NCBI GenBank assembly: GCA_045638045.1
Contig: JAZUAP010000007.1
Span: 5,907-69,906 of the forward strand
Origin: Candidatus Nanosyncoccus sp.
GTDB lineage: Bacteria > Patescibacteriota > Saccharimonadia > Saccharimonadales > Saccharimonadaceae
DNA length: 64,000 bases
Reading direction: 5' to 3'
Part shown: piece by piece, positions 17,745 to 27,046 of the stretch
Position numbering within the stretch: position 1 is the stretch's first letter
How the letters are laid out: every line of letters begins with the position of its first letter
Position numbers and translations under genes: made by a program
The notes under the pieces: model-generated
What the model saw: only the letters and a program-made list of their open reading frames with translations
The model's database searches: none
Told to the model about the DNA's origin: nothing

Positions 17745-19331
17745 ATGGGGAAAATTGCAAAATATTTAAATCAGTTAACGGTTGGCAATGTTTTTGATAC
17801 ACCGGAAATTTTAGAAAAATACTCTACAGATCGTTCCGCACTGAAAGTCAAACCGAAATTCGTGGCTTTTCCAGAATCTACAGATGATGTGCGTAAGCTG
17901 ATGAGATTTTTTAATCAACTTGCATCTAAAGATATCAAAGTCGCTGTGACGCCACGAGGAGCTGGCACTAGTGATACTGGTGCTGATTTAACTAATGGCG
18001 TAGTTGTTTCTACTGAAAAACTGAATCGTTTACTCGAGATTGATACGCGTGAAAAGTTAGTTCGCGTACAATCTGGTATTACTCTACGCGAGCTCAATAC
18101 GGCGCTTTCAGTATCTGGTCTTGAAATACCAGTTGACGGCCACGATGAAGAAACTATCGGTGGTTTGATTTCGAAAAAAATCGCGGACGAATGTTATGGC
18201 AAATATGGTGGAATTTGTAAATATGTCGAGAGAATTGAAGTTGTTCTTTCAACTGGAGAGTGTTTACAAACCGAGCGCTTGAAAAAATACGCCCTTGCAA
18301 AACGTGCCGCTGAGAAAAACTATGAAGGTGAGATTTATCGCAAAATAGCTGGACTCGTTAAGAACAATGAGAGATTATTAGAAAAGGTTACTGATGACAA
18401 TAAGAGCTTAGCTGGCTATCCGGGCGTAGCCAAAGCCCCGAAAAAGGAAACTTTGGATCTTCTCCCAATATTCTTTGGGGCAGAAGGAACGCTTGGTGTT
18501 ATTTCGGAAGTTATTTTGAAAGCCATACCTATGCGGAAGCATCCTGAACGGGTAGTAGCTACCTTTAAAGAAATTGACCATGCAATACATTATGCAAATA
18601 CTATTAGCGTACTAAAACCACGCAAAGTCAATTTATTTGACCTTAAAATAATCATGGAAGCACGAGAGACTGGCAAAAACCTAGATGGCGTGATTCGCAA
18701 ACTTGAAGATGGATTTGTAGTATTTGCGAGTTTTGATGAGCGCCCTGCTTCGACCATTAAAAAACTAATGGGTATGCGTGACGAATTCCCACGCACAGCA
18801 AAGTTTATTTACGAATCGATGAACGATCGCCCGACTTTGAACGAATTTGAAAACGCCTTAACTAGCTATCTCAACAACGTAAAAAAGGGTGAACGGGTGC
18901 CGATTTTGACTGATTTTTATTTACCAAATGAAAACATCGGCAGCTTCTTGAAAGATCTGGAAGTGTTAGAGAAGAAATTGGAGGTCAAAGCAGAATTATT
19001 TGGTTCGCTTAGTTCGTCGATATTTAGTTTGAGGCCAAAATTTGACCTTGAAGACGAGGAGTTTAATAAGAAAGCGACAATGTTCCTTCGAGCTGGTGCC
19101 TACATTATCAATCGTCAAGGTGGGGAACTCGCTGGAGGCACGCCGGAAGGCCGTTTGAAAGCGGTGGTAACTAATATTGCAATGCTCGAACCAGAGAAGA
19201 AGATGTACGAAGACATTAAAAAGATTTTTGACAAAAATGAAATCATGAATCCTGACGTCAAGCTTGGGGCAAATTCTAAATTCACTTTGACTCATTTTCG
19301 GACTGTTAATCAACCGAAAATTATGATATAA
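17745..19331 (+). CDS. FAD-binding oxidoreductase (GlcD / D-lactate dehydrogenase-like, PCMH-type FAD domain)
   Basis: About 528 aa. FAD_binding_4-type pattern: VAFPESTDDVRKLM, VTPRGAGTSDTGA, GITLRELN. The track start at 17733 lies inside the -10 box (17729..17734), so ATG 17745 is preferred. Confidence 0.65.
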   Translation: MGKIAKYLNQLTVGNVFDTPEILEKYSTDRSALKVKPKFVAFPESTDDVRKLMRFFNQLASKDIKVAVTPRGAGTSDTGADLTNGVVVSTEKLNRLLEIDTREKLVRVQSGITLRELNTALSVSGLEIPVDGHDEETIGGLISKKIADECYGKYGGICKYVERIEVVLSTGECLQTERLKKYALAKRAAEKNYEGEIYRKIAGLVKNNERLLEKVTDDNKSLAGYPGVAKAPKKETLDLLPIFFGAEGTLGVISEVILKAIPMRKHPERVVATFKEIDHAIHYANTISVLKPRKVNLFDLKIIMEARETGKNLDGVIRKLEDGFVVFASFDERPASTIKKLMGMRDEFPRTAKFIYESMNDRPTLNEFENALTSYLNNVKKGERVPILTDFYLPNENIGSFLKDLEVLEKKLEVKAELFGSLSSSIFSLRPKFDLEDEEFNKKATMFLRAGAYIINRQGGELAGGTPEGRLKAVVTNIAMLEPEKKMYEDIKKIFDKNEIMNPDVKLGANSKFTLTHFRTVNQPKIMI

Positions 19332-19358
19332 TATAGTTAAATTTAGAGGAGTTTTTTT

Positions 19359-20636
19359 ATGAAAACAAAATTGAAGAAAATTTCTGATTCGCGCGTGGAG
19401 CTCACCGTAACTTTGGACGCGAAAGATTTGAAGCCGGCCAAGGAAAAGGCTTTGGAAAAATTAGCTAAAGAATTAAAAGTTGAAGGTTTTCGCAAAGGCA
19501 AAGTACCAAAAGAGGTCGCCAAAAAATTCATTCCGGAAAATGATTTGAATGCGGAAGTGGTTGATTATGCAGTTCGCACGACAGTAGTACCAGCTTTTCA
19601 GGAAGTTGAAAAAAATCCGCTGGTGATGCCGAATGTCAATGTCACAAAATATGTACCCGATGAGATAGTTGAATACACTGCTACGGCTGATATCATTCCC
19701 GAAGTAAAACTCGGTGATTACCGTAAGCTTGGCGTGAAAAAGGACACCGTCAAAGTCACCGATAAGGAGATTAAGGAAATCCTCGACAATATTGCAACTT
19801 CGTTTGGCGAGAAAAAGGTCGTAAAGCGGGCTGCTAAGATGGGGGACGAGGTAGTACTTGATTTTGTCGGCAAAAAAGACGGTGAAGAATTCAAGGGTGG
19901 CTCAGCGAAGGATTATAAACTTACGCTTGGTTCTAAGACTTTCATTCCGGGATTTGAAGAGGGAATTGTAGGGCATAGTTCAGGTGATAAGTTTGATTTG
20001 CCACTTACTTTCCCGAAAGATTACGGCGTAAAAGAACTTGCTGGCGCAAAAACAGTATTTGAGGTCTTAGTAAAGCAGGTTAATGAAATCGTAAAGCCAA
20101 AAATTGATGATAAACTCGCGGAAAAGTGTGGTCCATTTAAGACCGTGGCAGAGCTTAAAGCCGACATTGAGAAGAATTTGAAGGCGCAAAACGAACACAA
20201 GCTCGAGGACAAATACAAAGATGATCTCGTGAATGCGCTAGTAAAAAAATCAAAGGTGCCAGCGCCGGAAATATTAGTTGATGACCAAGTGAGAATGATT
20301 CGTGATGATATGACCAGAAATGCTGCTTCGCAGGGCTTAAGTTTTGAGGAATTTTTGGATGTAAACCACGAAACTTTGGAAAACTGGGAAAAAGAAGCTC
20401 GTAAAATTGCTGAGCAACGAGTGAAGGCATCCTTGGTGTTACAAAACGTAGCGATTGCCGAAAAGATCACCGTATCAGATGAGGAAGCTGCCGCTAAAAT
20501 CGCTGAGCTTAAAGACGTCTATAAAAAATCTCCTGATGCTTTAAAGCAACTCAAAGATCCAAATGTCAAGATGGACATCAAAAACCGCATGATTATTGAA
20601 AAAACTTTGGATTTTCTTGTAAAAGTAAACAAATAG
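19359..20636 (+). CDS. tig: Trigger factor
   Basis: 425 aa. Ribosome-binding signature GFRKGKVP and an FKBP-type middle domain. SD GAGGAG. Confidence 0.9.
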   Translation: MKTKLKKISDSRVELTVTLDAKDLKPAKEKALEKLAKELKVEGFRKGKVPKEVAKKFIPENDLNAEVVDYAVRTTVVPAFQEVEKNPLVMPNVNVTKYVPDEIVEYTATADIIPEVKLGDYRKLGVKKDTVKVTDKEIKEILDNIATSFGEKKVVKRAAKMGDEVVLDFVGKKDGEEFKGGSAKDYKLTLGSKTFIPGFEEGIVGHSSGDKFDLPLTFPKDYGVKELAGAKTVFEVLVKQVNEIVKPKIDDKLAEKCGPFKTVAELKADIEKNLKAQNEHKLEDKYKDDLVNALVKKSKVPAPEILVDDQVRMIRDDMTRNAASQGLSFEEFLDVNHETLENWEKEARKIAEQRVKASLVLQNVAIAEKITVSDEEAAAKIAELKDVYKKSPDALKQLKDPNVKMDIKNRMIIEKTLDFLVKVNK

Positions 20637-20639
20637 TGG

Positions 20640-20806
20640 TATAATTATAATAAGAGTTTCAGCTTGGTTTTGATTGCTGTAAGAAACCGAGCAAAGTGAC
20701 AACGCTATATATGGAGATTTGGGGCTAGATTTAAGTGTCAAAACGCTAGATATAGCGTAGGTGAAGTCACTATATATTATATGTTAAATTCAAGAAGGAA
20801 ATTTTA
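20640..20806 (+). promoter_or_regulatory. Promoter (TGgTATAAT, TATAAT 20640..20645) plus a ~160-nt 5' leader of rpsL
   Basis: The -10 box lies directly after the tig stop. The leader contains the inverted repeat cgctatat...atatagcg (about 20702..20758). It is unusually long for this leaderless-prone genome. Confidence 0.45.
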
Positions 20807-21220
20807 ATGCCAACTATTAATCAGTTGATTAGAAAGCCTCGAAAAAAGGCTGCTAAAAAGTCGAAATCTCCGGCTCTTGGTTCAATTGTGAATACCTTGA
20901 AGACGAAGAAATACGATAAAGCTGCGCCATTAAAGCGCGGTGTATGTATTAAAGTTACTACCAAGACTCCAAAAAAGCCGAACTCAGCGATGCGTAAAGT
21001 TGCACGTGTCCGCCTTACTAACGGTCAGGAAGTTTGGGCTTATATTGGTGGTGAAGGACATAATTTACAGGAACACGCTGTGGTCTTAGTGCGCGGTGGT
21101 CGTGTGCCGGATCTTCCTGGTGTGCGTTATCACGTAGTGCGTGGTACTTTGGATCTCCAAGGTGTACAAGGCCGTAAGCAAGGACGCTCGAAATATGGCG
21201 CCAAGAAGGAGGGTAAGTAA
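20807..21220 (+). CDS. rpsL: 30S ribosomal protein S12
   Basis: 137 aa. [12 protein letters not shown]..., KKPNSAMRK. Confidence 0.97.
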   Translation: MPTINQLIRKPRKKAAKKSKSPALGSIVNTLKTKKYDKAAPLKRGVCIKVTTKTPKKPNSAMRKVARVRLTNGQEVWAYIGGEGHNLQEHAVVLVRGGRVPDLPGVRYHVVRGTLDLQGVQGRKQGRSKYGAKKEGK

Positions 21221-21222
21221 TT

Positions 21223-21699
21223 ATGCCACGTAAGACTACTAAATCATTAGTGAGAAAAGTTAATCCAGATCGCAAATATCAATCGATTTTGGTACAACGC
21301 TTGATTAACAAATCGATGCTTAATGGCAAACGCCAAGTAGCAGAGCGTGCAGTATATTCAGCAATTGAAGGTGCTGCCAAGAAACTTGATTCTGAAAATC
21401 CAGTGGAAGTACTTGAAAAAGCCATCGCTAACGTTTCACCAGATTTTGAAGTAAAATCTCGCCGTGTTGGTGGTGCTAACTACCAGATTCCATTTGCAAT
21501 TTCAGGTCACCGACAACTTCACTTTGCGTTTTCATGGCTAGTACAATCAGCACGTGCTCGCAAAGGTATGCCTTATACAAAGCGCCTTGAAGCTGAAATT
21601 GTTGACGCCTACAACGAGACTGGTGCAGCGTTCAAGAAGAAAGAAGATTGTCACCGAATGGCGGAAGCAAACCGCGCATTTGCACACTTTGCACGTTAA
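21223..21699 (+). CDS. rpsG: 30S ribosomal protein S7
   Basis: 158 aa with the typical S7 sequence (MPRK..., VKSRRVGGANYQIP). Confidence 0.97.
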   Translation: MPRKTTKSLVRKVNPDRKYQSILVQRLINKSMLNGKRQVAERAVYSAIEGAAKKLDSENPVEVLEKAIANVSPDFEVKSRRVGGANYQIPFAISGHRQLHFAFSWLVQSARARKGMPYTKRLEAEIVDAYNETGAAFKKKEDCHRMAEANRAFAHFAR

Positions 21700-21814
21700 A
21701 CAACAAAAATGCCTATTCAGGACACGGGTCGCTCGCGCCCGTCGTTACGGGGCTCGCGCCCTAATTCTCGGTCGTGACCTCCGAAATGTCCTGAATAGGT
21801 ATTTTTTGTTGTTT
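21698..21814 (+). terminator. Very long hairpin after rpsG (about 25-bp AT-rich outer stem enclosing the GC-rich repeat element)
   Basis: caacaaaaatgcctattcaggaca (21701..21724) pairs with tgtcctgaataggtattttttgttg (21787..21811) and is followed by TTTT. Confidence 0.7.
21714..21797. repeat. GC-rich palindromic repeat element, copy 1 (intergenic)
   Basis: tattcaggacacgggtcgctcgcgcccgtcgttacggggctcgcgccctaattctcggtcgtgacctccgaaatgtcctgaata. It aligns block by block with the reverse complement of 29737..29838. Confidence 0.8.
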
Positions 21815-21862
21815 TCATACAAAGCATGGTATAATTAGACATAAGAATATTAGGAGGTAAAA

Positions 21863-22867
21863 ATGGTAAAAGTTGCAATTAACGGTTTTGGTAGAATTGG
21901 GCGGAATGCTCTAAAAATCTTATTAGACCGTCATGATGCGCAAGTTGTAGCAATCAATGATATTACTGATGCAAAGACTTTGGCTCATCTTTTAAAGCAT
22001 GATTCAACCTACGGCACATACGATAAAAGAGTTTCGGCTGGAGAAAACTCGTTAATAATCAATACGCGTGAGATTCCAGTTTTTGCTGAAAAGGATCCTT
22101 CAAAGCTACCTTGGAAAAATCTAGGTGTAGACGTAGTGATTGAATCGACTGGTTTCTTTACTAAACCGGAGGATGCTAGAGCTCACATCAAAGCCGGCGC
22201 CAAGAAAGTTGTCATTTCAGCGCCCGCTAAGGGTGAAGGCGCAAAAACCATAGTAATTGGCGTCAACGAAGAGTTTGTGACTAGCGACGATGAAATATTG
22301 TCAAATGCTTCTTGTACAACCAATTGTATTGCGCCTGTGATGAATGTACTCGAAAGTGAATTTGGTATTGAAAAAGCAATGATGACTACCGTACATTCCT
22401 ATACCGGCTCACAAAGAATTCTGGATGCTCCGGCTAAAGATTTACGCGAGACACGTTCGGCGGCTGAAAATATCGTACCAACCTCAACTGGTGCATCAAA
22501 AGCAGCTGCACTCACTATCCCTTCACTTAAAGATAGGTTCAATGGCTTGTCAGTGAGAGTTCCAACTCCAGTTGTATCTTTGTCGGATATTACTGCTGTA
22601 CTTAAGAGAAACACCACGAAAGAAGAACTCGTAAATATATTTAAAAAAGTCGCAAAAGAACCATATTATGAAGGAATCCTTGGCGTGACTGAGGAGGAGC
22701 TCGTATCGTCTGATTTTATTGGAGATCCACATTCATGTATCGTTGATTTGCCATTAATCGATGTGGTGGGCGGTAACATGGTAAAAGTCGTGGCTTGGTA
22801 TGACAATGAGTGGGGTTATTCTAACCGTTTGGTAGAACTAACCGTTGATTTCGGGAAGGAAGCGTAA
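21863..22867 (+). CDS. gap: Glyceraldehyde-3-phosphate dehydrogenase
   Basis: 334 aa. NGFGRIGR and catalytic SCTTNC. TGgTATAAT (21830..21835) plus SD AGGAGG. Confidence 0.95.
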   Translation: MVKVAINGFGRIGRNALKILLDRHDAQVVAINDITDAKTLAHLLKHDSTYGTYDKRVSAGENSLIINTREIPVFAEKDPSKLPWKNLGVDVVIESTGFFTKPEDARAHIKAGAKKVVISAPAKGEGAKTIVIGVNEEFVTSDDEILSNASCTTNCIAPVMNVLESEFGIEKAMMTTVHSYTGSQRILDAPAKDLRETRSAAENIVPTSTGASKAAALTIPSLKDRFNGLSVRVPTPVVSLSDITAVLKRNTTKEELVNIFKKVAKEPYYEGILGVTEEELVSSDFIGDPHSCIVDLPLIDVVGGNMVKVVAWYDNEWGYSNRLVELTVDFGKEA

Positions 22868-23313
22868 TGATATATATTGGCGCAGATTATCGTGGATTCG
22901 AGAAGAAAAACCAACTGATTCAATTTTTGACAGAACATGGTTACGAGGTAAAAGATTTGGGCGCTTTTGAATATAACGAAGGGGATGATTTTAATGACCC
23001 GGCAATTGCGGTTGCAATGAATGTGAGAGAAGACAAAGGGTCATTTGGAGTTTTAATCTGCGATTCGGCGCATGGTATGACTACGCAAGCCAACCGTTTT
23101 AAAGGCGTTCGAGCTGCACATTGTGATGGTGCAGAATCAGCAAAACTAGCACGTGAACACGATGATGCTAATGTGCTTTGTATGTCTGCGCACTTTATGG
23201 ATGAAGCGAAAATGGAAGAGACTCTAACTTCATTTTTAGAGACACAATTTGAAAGTTTGGAACGCCGAGTAAGGCGCATTAATCGTTTAGATGAAAGGGA
23301 AGATTATGATTAG
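22867..23313 (+). CDS. rpiB: Ribose-5-phosphate isomerase B (RpiB/LacAB family)
   Basis: 148 aa. IGADYRGFEKK..., ICDSAHGM. Start overlaps the gap stop (TAATG). Confidence 0.8.
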   Translation: MIYIGADYRGFEKKNQLIQFLTEHGYEVKDLGAFEYNEGDDFNDPAIAVAMNVREDKGSFGVLICDSAHGMTTQANRFKGVRAAHCDGAESAKLAREHDDANVLCMSAHFMDEAKMEETLTSFLETQFESLERRVRRINRLDEREDYD

Positions 23314-23962
23314 AGCTGTTTCAATCGTACCGACAATTTTGACGGATAACAAACAAGATTATCGGGCCTTGATTGAGAAGATTAATGTGTTCACAAGGCG
23401 AGTGCAAATTGATGTGACGGATGGGATTTTTGCACCGACGCAAACTTTGGATGTTACTAATATATGGTGGCCCAAAAACTGGCAAGCTGATTTACATCTC
23501 ATGGCCGTAAAACCATCAGAACATATAGACACAATTCTGAAATTGAATCCGTCGCTTTGTATATTACATGCTGAGGCACAAGAAGATTTATTGCCTAGCT
23601 TTGAAATATTAAAAAATGCTGGCATTAAAACTGGTGTTGCATTATTACAATCAACTTTTCCAGGTAATGTAAAGCATTATATCGAAGCAGCTGATCATGC
23701 TTTGATTTTTGCTAGCAAAATTGGAACCCAAGGTGCGCCGGCAGATATGATGCAAATGGAAAAAATCCCGTTAATCCGTAATACGAAACCTGAAATTGAA
23801 ATAGGTTGGGATGGTGGCGCAAACATGACAAATGTTCGCGCATTAGCGCATGCTGATCTTGATGTTATCAATGTTGGTTCAGCAATTGCAAAATCCGATA
23901 ACCCAGCCCAAACGTTCGATGAACTAGTCGCAGAAATTGATAAAAACGGAGTGGTGTTATAA
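23306..23962 (+). CDS. Divergent ribulose-phosphate 3-epimerase-family TIM-barrel protein
   Basis: Pattern IVPTIL, VQIDVTDGIFAP, ADLHLMAV, LHAEA resembles Rpe (PSIL, H.DVMDG.FVPN, DVHLMV, VH.E). ATG 23306 (SD AAGGGA) is preferred to the track start at 23291. Confidence 0.5.
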   Translation: MIRAVSIVPTILTDNKQDYRALIEKINVFTRRVQIDVTDGIFAPTQTLDVTNIWWPKNWQADLHLMAVKPSEHIDTILKLNPSLCILHAEAQEDLLPSFEILKNAGIKTGVALLQSTFPGNVKHYIEAADHALIFASKIGTQGAPADMMQMEKIPLIRNTKPEIEIGWDGGANMTNVRALAHADLDVINVGSAIAKSDNPAQTFDELVAEIDKNGVVL

Positions 23963-24924
23963 TGGCACGTATAGTATCACTTGGTTCAGCTTTACAAGAT
24001 ATCTATTTGATCGACCATGATGATTTGGTACCTACTTCAATTGGTGGAGAGGCAATTTTTGGGAAAGTATTAGTCGGCTCCAAAGTGGATATCGATCGCA
24101 TTTCTTATGAAGTTGGTGGCGGTGGAGTTAATTCTGCTATTACTTTTGCTCGTCATGGACATGAAGCCGTTTTTATGGGAAATGTCTCGCGGGATCCGGC
24201 TGGAGCAGCAATCATTCGTACTTTGGATCGTGAAGGCGTAGATAGTAGCTATGTAAATTTTTTGGAAAGGAAAACGACTGGAACTTCAATAGTACTACTC
24301 GATGCTAAATCAGGAGAAAGAACGATTCTAACTTGCCGAGGAGCTTCTGAACAGTTCGGAAATTTTGATGAGAAAAGCTTAGAAATGATTCAGCCGGACT
24401 GGCTATACGTAACAACACTTCGGGGTGATATGGATACTTTGGCGCGATTTTTTAAATATGCAAAAAACTTAGGTGCCAAAATCATGTTTAATCCAGGCGT
24501 GAAGGAGCTCGAAAACGGTAAAGAGCTAGTGGCGCTTTTGAAATATGTGGATATATTAAATGTAAATAAATCCGAAGCGTCGAAAATTGTGCCTGGCGTA
24601 GTTTTAACGGAACTTTTGTATCATTTGAGCAATTACGCTCCAATCACTATTATTACAGACGGAGCGATGGGCGGAATCGCTGGAAACGGCGAAGAAGTTT
24701 ATCGATTTGGAATTTATGAAGATGTCAAAATGAAAGATGCTACAGGTGCTGGTGATGCATTTGGCTCAGGTTTTTTGGCTGCGCTTTCAGCTGGTAAATC
24801 ATTTAGAAGTGCTTTGATTTTTGCTTCGGCCAATTCAACAGCTGTCGTTAGCAAAATTGGTGCTAATCGTGGCATTTTAACTAGTCGTGACAAACAACAT
24901 CCGATGCCAATACAAAAAATTTAA
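23962..24924 (+). CDS. PfkB-family carbohydrate kinase (ribokinase-like)
   Basis: 320 aa. GGGGVNSA and DATGAGDAF motifs. Start overlaps the preceding stop (TAATG). Confidence 0.8.
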   Translation: MARIVSLGSALQDIYLIDHDDLVPTSIGGEAIFGKVLVGSKVDIDRISYEVGGGGVNSAITFARHGHEAVFMGNVSRDPAGAAIIRTLDREGVDSSYVNFLERKTTGTSIVLLDAKSGERTILTCRGASEQFGNFDEKSLEMIQPDWLYVTTLRGDMDTLARFFKYAKNLGAKIMFNPGVKELENGKELVALLKYVDILNVNKSEASKIVPGVVLTELLYHLSNYAPITIITDGAMGGIAGNGEEVYRFGIYEDVKMKDATGAGDAFGSGFLAALSAGKSFRSALIFASANSTAVVSKIGANRGILTSRDKQHPMPIQKI

Positions 24925-24933
24925 GGAGGTTAT

Positions 24934-25662
24934 ATGTTAAAAGAAGAAGAAGAATTACTAAAGAGACTATCTATTGCTGATCTTGAGCGAGCTAATGCTT
25001 ATGCAAAAGATTTAGGACACGGACTTCAAACCATCCGTTCGTTTCCACAAGGTGTAACAATTTTTGGTTCAGCGAGGCTTGCTCAGGATTCTAAATATTG
25101 TAAAATGGCTTTTGATCTTGGACATAAACTTGCTGAAAATGGACACGCCGTAATCACGGGTGGTGGACCCGGTATTATGGAAGCGGCATCACATGGGGCA
25201 TATGAAATCGGTGGCCGAGTAATTGGCTTCAATATTACCCTTGCACATGAGCAATTTCCGAATCCATATTTAACTGACTGTGTTACTTTTGAATACTTCT
25301 TTGCAAGGAAAGTATCGCTTGCGATGGGCGCAAAAGTGTTTGTGTTTTTCCCGGGTGGATTCGGAACGATGGATGAGTTGTCTGAGATTTTATGCTTGAT
25401 GCAAGAAAAGAAAATGCCAAAAATGCCAGTGTTTTTGATTGGCGAGGATTATTGGCTTGGTTTTGACAAAATGATTGGCAAAATGATTGCCTTAAAACTA
25501 ATTAATGCTAAGGATACTGGCATCTTTAGAATTACCGACGATATCAATGAAGTGGTGAAAGCAGCTAACAAGATTGGGCATCCAAAGGTTTCTGAAAACT
25601 TCTATGATGGCTTTAGGGAAGCTAGTACAATTGCAAGAGAATCTAAGACAAATAAAATTTAA
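24934..25662 (+). CDS. LOG-family (TIGR00730-type) nucleotide phosphoribohydrolase
   Basis: 242 aa. GGGPGIMEA and PGGFGTMDEL motifs. Confidence 0.8.
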   Translation: MLKEEEELLKRLSIADLERANAYAKDLGHGLQTIRSFPQGVTIFGSARLAQDSKYCKMAFDLGHKLAENGHAVITGGGPGIMEAASHGAYEIGGRVIGFNITLAHEQFPNPYLTDCVTFEYFFARKVSLAMGAKVFVFFPGGFGTMDELSEILCLMQEKKMPKMPVFLIGEDYWLGFDKMIGKMIALKLINAKDTGIFRITDDINEVVKAANKIGHPKVSENFYDGFREASTIARESKTNKI

Positions 25663-26939
25663 AACGGGTGGGTGAGGCCGAGAGTTGAATTGGTGTCGGC
25701 GATACGGATGAGTTCGTTGTATTTGGCGATGCGGTCAGTACGGGAGAGGGAACCGGTCTTGATTTGGCCGGTGCCGAGACCAACAGCAAGATGCGCAATA
25801 GAAACGTCTTCTGTTTCGCCGGAGCGGTGCGACATTACAGTTTTGAAGCCGGATTTTTTGGCGAGTAATACCGTATCAATGGTTTCAGATAATGTGCCGA
25901 TTTGGTTTGGCTTTATTAAAATAGCGTTACCACATTTTTCGGTAATACCGCGTTCTAATAATTTAACATTTGTGACAAATAAATCATCGCCGACTAATTG
26001 AACACGGGAACCGAGTTTGTCGGTTAGAATCTTCCAGTTATCCCAATCGCTTTCTGATAATCCATCCTCGATTGAAACTACTGGATAATTATCGACAATC
26101 CAAGTATACCAATTAATCATATCTTCAGCAGATTTCCAGTCACCGTTGGTTTTGAGTTCATAATGATCTTTATTATAAAATTCCGATGCGGCAATATCCA
26201 TGGCAAGTGAAATATCATCGCCGAATTTGTATCCGGCTTTTTCAACGGCATATTTAATACAGTCGAGTGGTTCGTTGTTGCCATCACGCATTTTGGGAGC
26301 ATATCCGCCTTCGTCACCGACGGTAGTAGGATAATCACGTTCTTTCAAAACATCTTTAAGAGCATGAAAAACCTCAGCACCCATTTGTACAGCGGTAGCA
26401 ATATTGCCAGCAGAACGCGGAATAATCATATATTCTTGAAAATCAGTAGACCAGGAGGCATGAGCACCACCATTCATAACATTCATCATTGGCATTGGAA
26501 TAGACATCTCATTCTCAGTGCCTGCAAGTTTTGCGACATATTGATAAAACGGAGTTCTATTAGCCTTAGCGTTGGCTTTGGCGTTAGCTAATGAAACAGC
26601 CAAAATTGCATTGGCTCCGACATTGGTTTTATTCTCAGTGCCATCCAGATCGAGCATCATTTGATCAACCGTGCGAGGGTCGGCAGTGTTTCCAACTAAC
26701 ACGTCGCGAATTTTGGAGTTTACATTCCAAACTGCTTTTAAAACACTTTTACCGTTATATACTTTTGGATCACCATCACGTAGCTCCAAGGCTTCGCCGG
26801 AACCAGTTGAGGCGCCAGAAGGAACAATGGCACGACCAAACCCACCATTTTCCAAATAAACTTCAGCTTCGACTGTGGGGTTACCACGCGAATCTAAAAC
26901 TTGTCTTGCTTTTATTTCTTTAATCACACTATTTTCCAT
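25659..26939 (-). CDS. eno: Enolase
   Basis: DSRGNPTVE, SHRSGETED and other enolase motifs. TGtTATAAT (26954..26946 on minus) abuts the track start ATG 26945, so the in-frame ATG 26939 (MENSVIKEIKARQ), 6 nt past the -10, is preferred. The stop codon overlaps the LOG gene stop (convergent). Confidence 0.93.
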   Translation of the reverse strand: MENSVIKEIKARQVLDSRGNPTVEAEVYLENGGFGRAIVPSGASTGSGEALELRDGDPKVYNGKSVLKAVWNVNSKIRDVLVGNTADPRTVDQMMLDLDGTENKTNVGANAILAVSLANAKANAKANRTPFYQYVAKLAGTENEMSIPMPMMNVMNGGAHASWSTDFQEYMIIPRSAGNIATAVQMGAEVFHALKDVLKERDYPTTVGDEGGYAPKMRDGNNEPLDCIKYAVEKAGYKFGDDISLAMDIAASEFYNKDHYELKTNGDWKSAEDMINWYTWIVDNYPVVSIEDGLSESDWDNWKILTDKLGSRVQLVGDDLFVTNVKLLERGITEKCGNAILIKPNQIGTLSETIDTVLLAKKSGFKTVMSHRSGETEDVSIAHLAVGLGTGQIKTGSLSRTDRIAKYNELIRIADTNSTLGLTHPF

Positions 26940-27046
26940 AAGCATATTATAACACGGAAAAATATTTCAGTTTTAATAATTATAGTTCTGTTTTTTAAAT
27001 CTATGTTATAATAAGCATAAGAATTATTAACAATAAGGAGTTATTT

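Noticed and set aside
21554-21838. 94-aa ORF overlapping the rpsG 3' end and the hairpin
   Set aside because: It is an out-of-frame overlap with the conserved S7 coding sequence, and it reads through the GC-rich repeat element, which suppresses stops.
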